DNA of 40,114 nucleotides, from positions 1-40,114 of the IMG/VR virus record IMGVR_UViG_3300045988_176320. One strand, written 5' to 3'. This document shows positions 25,856 through 32,601 of this stretch, one piece after another. Under the pieces are notes generated by a model. The model was not told where the DNA came from and made no database searches. It saw nothing but the letters and a program-made list of their open reading frames with translations. Positions within the stretch are counted from its first letter, which is position 1. Each line of letters starts with the position of its first letter. This DNA comes from a virus. A program made the position numbers and the translations under genes.

Positions 25856-25884
25856 TATATAGGCAAAAAAATCACAAATTCCAA
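25856..25884 (-). promoter_or_regulatory. Possible sigma70-like promoter, TTGGAA-N17-TATATA
   Basis: Minus-strand reading, located just downstream of two hairpins at 25908-25988. Confidence 0.35.
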
Positions 25885-25907
25885 AATTTATTTTTCCGGC
25901 AATGAAA

Positions 25908-25988
25908 ATCCCCCGTTGAAAAACGAGGGGGGGTCATTTTTTAGAGCGTCAAATATTTTCGTTTCGGAGGGGGTATTATGCCCCCTCC
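25908..25988. terminator. Two GC-rich hairpins after the ASCH gene (terminator-like; orientation ambiguous)
   Basis: GGAGGGGG (25966-25973) pairs with CCCCCTCC (25981-25988). CCCCCG pairs with CGAGGGGG at 25910-25933, with T-runs on both sides. Confidence 0.4.
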
Positions 25989-25990
25989 TT

Positions 25991-26080
25991 TATTCCTGTG
26001 TAGCAACAAGGAGTTGTTTATATAAATCGGTTTGGCGACTACGGAGCTTGCTCCACATAGCACCACGATTGCGGGGGACG
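25991..26080. repeat. 90-bp direct repeat, copy A (87/90 identical to 28797-28886)
   Basis: Aligned by eye. The first 69 nt are identical, and mismatches fall at 26060, 26069 and 26075. Confidence 0.9.
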
Positions 26081-26521
26081 GGCAATTCCAAACTCCGACA
26101 ACTCTCTCGGCTTATCAAACAGTTTTGGCGAGGTGATGTGCCAGCCGTAAATCGTGTAGCCTAAACCGTAACCCGTCAAATATCCTCGCCCCAAACACAT
26201 TTCGCTCAACATATCATCGTCTATGTCGTAGCCGTTGGAATAATATTCTCCATCGGGTACAATCTTGTAGACCTTATCGCACACAAATGAGCCGATGACT
26301 TTGCCGTTTCCATCTTCTGCTCCCCCGTTAGGGGTGAAAACCATGCTTTGAAAATTTTCTTGCCAAGCTCTAACCTTAAACCTAATTTTCGTTTGATACA
26401 CCACCACCTCAAACGGCGTTTCCAACTGTTTGGGGGAAGTTCGCCTAACTTCAATTGTCTTTTGCCCGTTGAATATCTTTTCGCACCACTTCGGGTGTAT
26501 GCTCATTAGAACCTTTTTCAT
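26039..26521 (-). CDS. ASCH (PUA-like) domain protein; start at ATG 26521
   Basis: MKKVLMSIHPKWCEKIFNGQKTIEVRR is a typical ASCH N-terminus. There is an ATGA overlap with the upstream stop. Confidence 0.7.
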   Translation of the reverse strand: MKKVLMSIHPKWCEKIFNGQKTIEVRRTSPKQLETPFEVVVYQTKIRFKVRAWQENFQSMVFTPNGGAEDGNGKVIGSFVCDKVYKIVPDGEYYSNGYDIDDDMLSEMCLGRGYLTGYGLGYTIYGWHITSPKLFDKPRELSEFGIARPPQSWCYVEQAP

Positions 26522-26715
26522 TGTTCCTCCTCTTTGACGGCGTGAACCAATTCCGCCAGTTCGTCCATAAATTTTTCTGCTAAACCGCTGCTCGTAAAAC
26601 GCGCATATACTGCCGTTTCTCCGGGGATTGATATGCACAGATACACACCTTTTCTATCCGGAAACTGTTCGGCTGAAATTGTTTTGTTCTGCTCAAAAAA
26701 TACAATACTTTTCAT
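26518..26715 (-). CDS. Hypothetical small protein
   Basis: 65-aa ORF, translationally coupled on both sides. Confidence 0.5.
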   Translation of the reverse strand: MKSIVFFEQNKTISAEQFPDRKGVYLCISIPGETAVYARFTSSGLAEKFMDELAELVHAVKEEEQ

Positions 26716-27152
26716 TCCTTCTCTCCTTTCAGTTCTTTCATCCGCGCTATAACTCTATTCCAGCACTCTATATTGCTACATCTGCAATCTTCTCCGCAAT
26801 AGTCATACATTTCTTCATCAATAGGAGAGAAATTACACGGACAACCAAACAATCCTGCTAAATACTTCGCAATCAGTTCTTTATCCACCGCCTTTTCCAG
26901 CCTCTCGCGCAGTTCGGCATTTTCGGCTTGTAATTCCTCGCATTTCTTGGAAATATCGGCTATCACGCATTTTAAGTTTTTAATCATTTCTTCGTTTGTC
27001 ATATTCATTCCTCCTGTATAAATAACCGTTCCAGATGTTGCGCTGTTAATATATCCGCTTTCTTCTTTGTACATACAATTAAACGGCGATATGCAGCCGC
27101 CTGTTGTAAAGTATTCACATTCAGGCATACAACCTTTACCGCATTTACTCAT
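26712..27152 (-). CDS. Cys-rich protein with a central coiled coil; start at ATG 27152
   Basis: ATGA overlap with the upstream stop. Cysteine clusters are CGKGCMPECEYFTTGGCISPFNC and GCPCNF...YCGEDCRCSNIEC. Confidence 0.55.
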   Translation of the reverse strand: MSKCGKGCMPECEYFTTGGCISPFNCMYKEESGYINSATSGTVIYTGGMNMTNEEMIKNLKCVIADISKKCEELQAENAELRERLEKAVDKELIAKYLAGLFGCPCNFSPIDEEMYDYCGEDCRCSNIECWNRVIARMKELKGEKE

Positions 27153-27691
27153 TCTTTCCCCTCCTCCGCGAGTTCTTTTTCGGCTTGCCGCAAATGTGCT
27201 TTTACGCAACCCTCATCATTATTGCAATGATAATAATCGCATTTATCCACGCCACAAAAACCTTCGCCCAAGCCACCGCGACATTTCAAGCGTGGCGCAG
27301 CATTTCTCAATGCCCTTTCCGCAACTTCCGCGCGGTGTTTATATTCTTCACGCTCTTTTACGATTTGCTTGACTTCTTCTCCGCTATAAAGCTGTTTAAC
27401 TGTTGGCGGAATATTTGGTAAAACATAAGCGTTATCGTCCTCTGGAATAAGCGATTTTTCTACAACTACTCTATGCTTTTTTAATTCGCTTACATCACCA
27501 ATCCCCGCCGCAATGAGCGCGTCAGCAAAATACGGGATAACCGCTTGCGTAACAATATCGTTAAATATGTCACACAATTCCTGCGGCAATGCTACCTCTT
27601 TGCCCTGCGCTGTGGTATATATAGGCGTACATTCCACATCTTGCGTAAAATTTTTATTTAACACGTCGATTATCTTCTCTCTTTCAGTCAT
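27149..27691 (-). CDS. Hypothetical protein with a C-terminal Cys cluster
   Basis: 180 aa, containing KCRGGLGEGFCGVDKCDYYHCNNDEGC. Confidence 0.6.
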   Translation of the reverse strand: MTEREKIIDVLNKNFTQDVECTPIYTTAQGKEVALPQELCDIFNDIVTQAVIPYFADALIAAGIGDVSELKKHRVVVEKSLIPEDDNAYVLPNIPPTVKQLYSGEEVKQIVKEREEYKHRAEVAERALRNAAPRLKCRGGLGEGFCGVDKCDYYHCNNDEGCVKAHLRQAEKELAEEGKE

Positions 27692-27722
27692 TGTTTTTTC
27701 TCCTTTTCAATTTTTCGTATCG

Positions 27723-28511
27723 TTACATATCAAACAGACTCATTTGTTTATATTTGTTTTGCTTCTTTCTGCGTTGTGGAATATATCCATTTTCAAACCG
27801 CGCTTGCAATTCCGCGAGTGTGCAGTTTGGCTTAAACGTATTGTAGCTGTCCGGCTCCATATCGCACAGACGTTGCCATAAGTCGGGATAGGCTTTCCAC
27901 AAACTGTAAAGGTCTGCAAGGCATTGTTTCGGACAAAACCAACAGCCGCCGCGATATATTCCATCTACGCTGTACATCGGCGACAGTAGGTCATACCGCT
28001 TGCATATCTCGAATGCGTCTTGCTCGGTCAGCTTCTGCTCGACAAGCAAACTGCGGTATTTTCGCTTTTCTGTTTGTTTTTTTAGCATACGCTCCCAGCG
28101 GACAGGCTCGTCATAAGCTATGCCGACAAACGTATATAATACTTCGTCATTAAAATCCCGTATATAACGGTTTATAGCTCGAATTTTAAGAAGAGAGTTG
28201 CACCACGGTGAAAGAATGTGGGGGAATCCGTATGAGTATTGTTCAAATTTTCCACGTGTATATTTTTTATAGAACTGCTCCTCAAAACTTACTCCGCTGT
28301 ACGCGTGGTCTACTGTCACGCCGAATAACTCTTTCAGCCGCTTTTCCGCTGCCGGTATCCATTCCGCCATAAGCGGGTGCTCGCCGCTTATCTCATCGTT
28401 AAATCGAATATCGCAGTACATTACGCGGTCAATCGGTATGCCTTGCTCGGCGGCAAGGATAAGCGTTGCCATACTGTCCTTGCCGAACGAAAGATTAAAA
28501 ATGTTCATCAC
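27723..28511 (-). CDS. PAPS reductase / PP-loop ATP pyrophosphatase family protein (DndC-like fold)
   Basis: PP-loop NLSFGKDS (an SGGKDS-type motif) lies at the N-terminus. The size and the WFCP motif region (GGCWFCPKQ) fit the phage PAPS-reductase-like family. Confidence 0.8.
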   Translation of the reverse strand: MMNIFNLSFGKDSMATLILAAEQGIPIDRVMYCDIRFNDEISGEHPLMAEWIPAAEKRLKELFGVTVDHAYSGVSFEEQFYKKYTRGKFEQYSYGFPHILSPWCNSLLKIRAINRYIRDFNDEVLYTFVGIAYDEPVRWERMLKKQTEKRKYRSLLVEQKLTEQDAFEICKRYDLLSPMYSVDGIYRGGCWFCPKQCLADLYSLWKAYPDLWQRLCDMEPDSYNTFKPNCTLAELQARFENGYIPQRRKKQNKYKQMSLFDM

Positions 28512-28864
28512 TTAAAGTCCGCCATCGAATAATTTTTCCGCGGCAAAAAGGTTTTTGCGTAGTCTGTCAAGTGTATTTTCGTGTAAAACATACCGCTACC
28601 GCCGCGTACTTTTTCAGGCAACTTCTTGCCGACTTCTAAAAAGAATTTACGACTTGACATTGTGAACTCGTTGTTGCTATTCGCCCAAGCTGAATATATC
28701 CCAAACAAATCTGTCGCCGCTATCCTCTCACCGTTCACATAGTCAATCACAATACAAGCCTCGCAGAACGCCGCCAACAAGTCCATTTCTGCCTTGTATT
28801 CCTGTGTAGCAACAAGGAGTTGTTTATATAAATCGGTTTGGCGACTACGGAGCTTGCTCCACAT
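28508..28864 (-). CDS. Stand-alone D5/P4 primase C-terminal-domain-like protein (possible remnant)
   Basis: LLAAFCEACIVIDYVNGERIAATDLFGIYSAWANSNNEFTMSSRKFFLEVGKKL...FYTKIHL follows the pattern of the C-terminal region of P4/D5-type primase-helicases. No primase or helicase core is present. Confidence 0.5.
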   Translation of the reverse strand: MWSKLRSRQTDLYKQLLVATQEYKAEMDLLAAFCEACIVIDYVNGERIAATDLFGIYSAWANSNNEFTMSSRKFFLEVGKKLPEKVRGGSGMFYTKIHLTDYAKTFLPRKNYSMADFK

Positions 28865-28886
28865 AACACCACGACTGCGGCGGACG
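28797..28886. repeat. 90-bp direct repeat, copy B (87/90 identical to 25991-26080)
   Basis: Offset between the copies is 2,806 bp. This copy contains the intact start of the 28864 gene plus a remnant ASCH 3' end. Confidence 0.9.
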
Positions 28887-28950
28887 AGTTAAATGTATTT
28901 CCCACCGATTAGCTCGCAATATTTCGGCGAAATATTAATCATTACAGCTT

Positions 28951-29178
28951 TCATTCGTCTTGCTCCTGTATTTCCTTCTCTGGCGGCTTATAACCGTCCT
29001 CGCATTCCTTTATTTCGGGATACTCATACGGTATGTAGCAATCGTTGTGCGACACAAACTCTTCGCGCGGGCACATGCAGTATTTGTTGCACGAAGACAG
29101 CTCGTTGCAGTCGTCGCAAAAAACAACGTCCCCGCGCCACTCGCAGTCAATTAAGCAGCTCTCGCAAAAGTTCTTCAT
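28951..29178 (-). CDS. Small Cys-rich acidic protein
   Basis: 75 aa containing 12 Cys (FCESCLIDCEW...FCDDCNELSSCNKYCMCP...). Confidence 0.5.
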   Translation of the reverse strand: MKNFCESCLIDCEWRGDVVFCDDCNELSSCNKYCMCPREEFVSHNDCYIPYEYPEIKECEDGYKPPEKEIQEQDE

Positions 29179-29306
29179 TTTTGCGCCTCCTTCATCGGCT
29201 CGTCAATTTTACGATACCCCGCCCCGTATATTCCCTCCGCTATTTCGCGCGGCGTTGTCTCGTACACGCAATACAGTTCCTCTACTATCCTTTTTTCTTT
29301 ATTCAT
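29175..29306 (-). CDS. Small hypothetical protein (43 aa), below the ORF-track cutoff
   Basis: AAAGGAG lies 8 nt upstream of ATG 29306. There is an ATGA overlap with the next gene. The product begins MNKEKRIVEELYCVYETTPREIAEGIYGAGYRKIDEPMKEAQK. Confidence 0.4.
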   Translation of the reverse strand: MNKEKRIVEELYCVYETTPREIAEGIYGAGYRKIDEPMKEAQK

Positions 29307-29319
29307 TTTTTGCGCTCCT

Positions 29320-29589
29320 TTAATTTTTTATGCCCCTTATAGCCCCGCGCAGCTCGTCCACGCTCGCGCAGTTCCCGACATTTATTCCTCGCGCAGCAGC
29401 AACCGTTCTGAGCAGCTCGGGTGACGACAGCAACGCTTTGTACTTCCCGTAAGTCAAGCCGAGCGCAGCCGCTTCTCCCGTCAACTCGTCCAACGCCGTA
29501 TGCGCCCTTTTTACCTGCCCGCTGTAAGCCCGTGACGCGGTCAGACTGTCCGTTATTGTTTTTTTACGCATTTTCGTCTCCTCTCTCAA
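29320..29589 (-). CDS. Hypothetical protein (alternative start ATG 29571)
   Basis: 89-aa ORF overlapping the end of the methyltransferase gene. Confidence 0.5.
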   Translation of the reverse strand: MREETKMRKKTITDSLTASRAYSGQVKRAHTALDELTGEAAALGLTYGKYKALLSSPELLRTVAAARGINVGNCASVDELRGAIRGIKN

Positions 29590-30454
29590 TTTCGGCTATT
29601 ACCTCGAAAAGCGGGTAAATTTGCGCCGGGACTACCATATTGCCTAAACCTCTAAGTCTGTCCACCCTATGGGGACACCTTGTAACCACTCTACCCACGT
29701 CGGGTTCAGTTTGCCACCACCGCCCGATTGCATTTTCTTTCGCTCGTCTTCGCTTGTTATCTTCTCGTCTTCTAACTTTTTCAATTTCTTTCTGCTCCCC
29801 GAATTGCTCCACCCCGTAGCCATTGGCGTCGGGAATACCGCCATATAGCCAACCTGTTCCGCCAAATTCCCGTTTGGGTGCTTTATCCAGCGTTTCGCCA
29901 GACTTTCCAGACTGAAATTGCTCCGCATTGCGTCCGTCGCCGTCGGCGTAAGCCACAATGAACACCCGCTTTCGCTGATGAGGCGCTCCGACGTCGCAAG
30001 CTCCCCATATTCCCCATGACACGCTATACCCCAGCGCGGCAAGGTCGGCAAGTATTCGCTTGAAGTATCTCTGATTAGCTCGGGCAAACAAACCGGGCGT
30101 ATTTTCACCGACGAACCAGCGCGGTTTAATCTCGCCGATACATCTTGCAACCTCTCCCCACAAGTCACGCTCGTCACCATCGCCCTTACCCTTTCCCGCA
30201 AGACTGTAAGGCTGGCAGGGAAACCCCGCCGACAACACCGTAATTGCTCCTCTGTCGATTCCGTACTCGGCAAGCCACTCATTTCCAACTGTTCGTATGT
30301 CATGTAAATTAGGCACTCCTTTGAAATTTTTTGCCAACACCTTGCTTGCGTACTCGTCCGTCTCGCATTGGGCTATCGTCCTGAACCCCGCCCACTCCGC
30401 CGCAAGGTCTATCCCGCCTATGCCACTGCACAGGCTCATGTGCGTAAGCTCCAT
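29564..30454 (-). CDS. DNA (cytosine-5)-methyltransferase, orphan
   Basis: Motif I LCSGIGG, motif IV GFPCQPYS, motif VI ENTPGL, motif VIII QRKRVFIV and motif X GLGNMVVP. No cognate restriction enzyme is present. Confidence 0.85.
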   Translation of the reverse strand: MELTHMSLCSGIGGIDLAAEWAGFRTIAQCETDEYASKVLAKNFKGVPNLHDIRTVGNEWLAEYGIDRGAITVLSAGFPCQPYSLAGKGKGDGDERDLWGEVARCIGEIKPRWFVGENTPGLFARANQRYFKRILADLAALGYSVSWGIWGACDVGAPHQRKRVFIVAYADGDGRNAEQFQSGKSGETLDKAPKREFGGTGWLYGGIPDANGYGVEQFGEQKEIEKVRRREDNKRRRAKENAIGRWWQTEPDVGRVVTRCPHRVDRLRGLGNMVVPAQIYPLFEVIAEIERGDENA

Positions 30455-30486
30455 TTTTCAAAATCCTCTCTTCGCGTTTCACGCCT

Positions 30487-31065
30487 TTATTTGCCGCTAT
30501 TTCCGTCAAAACCGTTTTCCTCGATACATTTATCGAGAAAGACGTTTTCGCCGCTCTCATGTCCGTTTCTGCCCGCCAAACACGATTGTATGTACTTTTC
30601 CCGCACCGACCTTATTATCCCGCTCACCGTCTGCGGGCTTTTCCCAATGCGCCGCGCCACCCTGCTCTTACTGTGCCCCGCAAGCAGTCTTATGACTACC
30701 CCGCGCTCCTCCACGTCGCAGCACTCCAATATCCGTTTGACGCGCAACCTTGCGTCCGCCCGCCTCTCCGTCGCGTCCGCCTCCGTGCTCGGAAGCTCGC
30801 TCGTGTCCTCGTCCTGCGCTACCGTCCGCGCCCTATCCGCTTTCTCACGCCTGATATACTTCACCACGTAATACTTGACGTTCGTATACGCATACGTTTC
30901 CCACTTGCCCCGCTCCGGCTCATATCTCTCCAAGCACTTACACATGTACAACATTGCCGCCTGTCTTAAATCGTTGTCATACCCTACGCCGTAGTATTTG
31001 AGAACGTCGTTCACTATCCATTGCGATTTTTCTATAAGTCCCTGTTGCTCGGCGGTCAGTCTCAT
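30487..31065 (-). CDS. Sigma-70 family RNA polymerase sigma factor (regions 2 and 4 only; ECF / phage-type)
   Basis: Region 2 is DLRQAAMLYMCKCLERYEPERGKWETYAYTNVKYYVVKYIRRE. The region 4 HTH is ERGVVIRLLAGHSKSRVARRIGKSPQTVSGIIRSVREKY. Confidence 0.8.
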   Translation of the reverse strand: MRLTAEQQGLIEKSQWIVNDVLKYYGVGYDNDLRQAAMLYMCKCLERYEPERGKWETYAYTNVKYYVVKYIRREKADRARTVAQDEDTSELPSTEADATERRADARLRVKRILECCDVEERGVVIRLLAGHSKSRVARRIGKSPQTVSGIIRSVREKYIQSCLAGRNGHESGENVFLDKCIEENGFDGNSGK

Positions 31066-31090
31066 GCGCTTGCGCCCTTCTCCCCTCTCG

Positions 31091-31966
31091 CTATATCTTC
31101 ACGTCGTCAAGGTTATCAAACAGCGCGTTCAACTCTTCGCTGCTGTACTCCCTTTCCGTTCCCGTCTTTCGTGCACGCTTACCGTCGCTCTTCTCCGCGC
31201 GTCCGTTTCCGCCCGCTGCTCTGTCCTGCTCCTTACCCAGCCACGAAGTCACGAACCTCATCATGCCGTGCTCCGTCTTCCTGTTGCGCGGATTCCCCAA
31301 CAGCCACCCCTGCATTTTACGCAGCTCCTGCTCGATGTCCACTGCCGGGTATAGCGGCGCAAGCTCGTCCACCATGTCCTGCGTCACACTAAAATTTCGT
31401 CCGTTACACATAATGAGATTTTGCACCGTTTTTGCCGGCGTCGGCGTTTCGGACGACGCATATATATTTCTTTTATTTTCTTTTATTTTCTTTTCTTTTC
31501 TTTTGTCGCATTCTGCATACAGACTGTCTGCATTTTTGAAAAAAATGTTTACATTTTTGCCGTTTTTGTCTGCATTTTGGATAAAAGTGTATACAACGTC
31601 AAGGGCGTAGTCTTTATTAAAAACGACCTCTGTGTTTCTCTTCGTTGCGGTCAGGAACGTTTCTTGAATCCGCCTGCTTGTTAATATTCGATACTTCTCG
31701 AACATCGTCGATTCGAATACTCCACGCCTTATGCAACAAGATACTATTTCGGACAGGAGCGACCGACCCACCGCAGATAAGCAGTAATCTCGCATGAACA
31801 AGAGCTCCGTGTCTATATCCCATTTCATGTAATAGCCGCGCGCATATATCGCTTGGTGCAGTTTTATAACTACCGCAAATCCTTCTATACCGAACTCGGC
31901 TTCTACAAGTTTTACACTATCGTCCAAATCAACAGGCAACGGAAATGTTCTTAATCCATGCTTCAT
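31091..31966 (-). CDS. Replication organiser: DUF4373 (Lin1244/Lin1753-like) N-domain plus DnaD-like C-domain
   Basis: FPLPVDLDDSVKLVEAEFGIEGFAVVIKLHQAIYARGYYMKW is typical of DUF4373. The C-terminus is MQGWLLGNPRNRKTEHGMMRFVTSWLGKE. Confidence 0.65.
   Translation of the reverse strand: MKHGLRTFPLPVDLDDSVKLVEAEFGIEGFAVVIKLHQAIYARGYYMKWDIDTELLFMRDYCLSAVGRSLLSEIVSCCIRRGVFESTMFEKYRILTSRRIQETFLTATKRNTEVVFNKDYALDVVYTFIQNADKNGKNVNIFFKNADSLYAECDKRKEKKIKENKRNIYASSETPTPAKTVQNLIMCNGRNFSVTQDMVDELAPLYPAVDIEQELRKMQGWLLGNPRNRKTEHGMMRFVTSWLGKEQDRAAGGNGRAEKSDGKRARKTGTEREYSSEELNALFDNLDDVKI
31467..31578. other. Candidate replication origin inside the organiser gene (A+T-rich, short tandem repeats, iteron-like TGTCTGCATTTT x2)
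   Basis: TTTCTTTTAT repeats run from 31467. TGTCTGCATTTT occurs at 31525-31536 and 31567-31578, spaced 42 bp apart. A CAGAC-T-GTCTG dyad is also present. Confidence 0.3.
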
Positions 31967-32014
31967 TTCGCGTTTGCACTCCCGATTGTGTAAATTTTTG
32001 TTTATCTTCGTCCT

Positions 32015-32446
32015 TTAAAAAGGCAACTCAGTGTCGTCGTCAAGCAACGGCAGCTTGTCTATTGGCGACCTCTTTTTCGACTGCCCTATGGGCTTTATTT
32101 TGTCGCCCTCTTCGTTCTCGTCTTCGCCCGGTCCCGAACCCGCAAACTCGAAGTCCTCTATGGTAAGCTCCCACACCGTGCGCTTTTTCCCGTCGCCGTC
32201 CTCGTATTGGCGGCTGTGCATTGACCCCGACGCTATTATCTGGCTTCCCTTGCCCGTGTACTTGGCAAGCATTTCCGCCTTTTCGCGCCATGCCGTACAG
32301 AGAAAAAAATCCGTCGTATAATTGCCGTCCCTGTCTTTCATTTTCGAGCGGGACGCAAGCCTGAATTTACAAAAAGTAAGCCCGCTTGCCGTTTCGCCCA
32401 TTTCCACGTCGGCAGTCAGCCTGCCCAAAACCGCTATCTTATTCAT
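32015..32446 (-). CDS. ssb: Single-stranded DNA-binding protein
   Basis: The OB-fold pattern is MNKIAVLGRLTADVE...FRLA...TDFF.C.AWR. The acidic C-terminal tip is DDDTELPF. Confidence 0.85.
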   Translation of the reverse strand: MNKIAVLGRLTADVEMGETASGLTFCKFRLASRSKMKDRDGNYTTDFFLCTAWREKAEMLAKYTGKGSQIIASGSMHSRQYEDGDGKKRTVWELTIEDFEFAGSGPGEDENEEGDKIKPIGQSKKRSPIDKLPLLDDDTELPF

Positions 32447-32601
32447 TTGACGCTCCTAAGAAGACGCTTAGCGCCGCCCTGCATGGTTAGGTCGCGAGGG
32501 CTTGTCCCCGTCGCCTCTGTGTAGTTCTTTACGTCCCACAGCGTTTTAAGCCCCAACCTGCGGCACGTCTCGCAAAATCTCAAAAACTCCGTATATGTCA
32601 T
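32443..32601 (-). CDS. Small hypothetical protein (52 aa); the short version of ORF 32443-32910
   Basis: ATG 32601 forms an ATGA overlap with the stop of the 32598-33101 gene. The longer N-terminal extension overlaps that gene out of frame. Confidence 0.4.
   Translation of the reverse strand: MTYTEFLRFCETCRRLGLKTLWDVKNYTEATGTSPRDLTMQGGAKRLLRSVK

Noticed and set aside
29644-30303. The 219-aa ORF as an independent overlapping gene starting at ATG 30303.
   Set aside because: Its first about 116 codons overlap the conserved catalytic half of the methyltransferase out of frame and look like junk. Only the last about 100 codons are protein-like. It is therefore reported as a dual-frame segment rather than as a separate gene.
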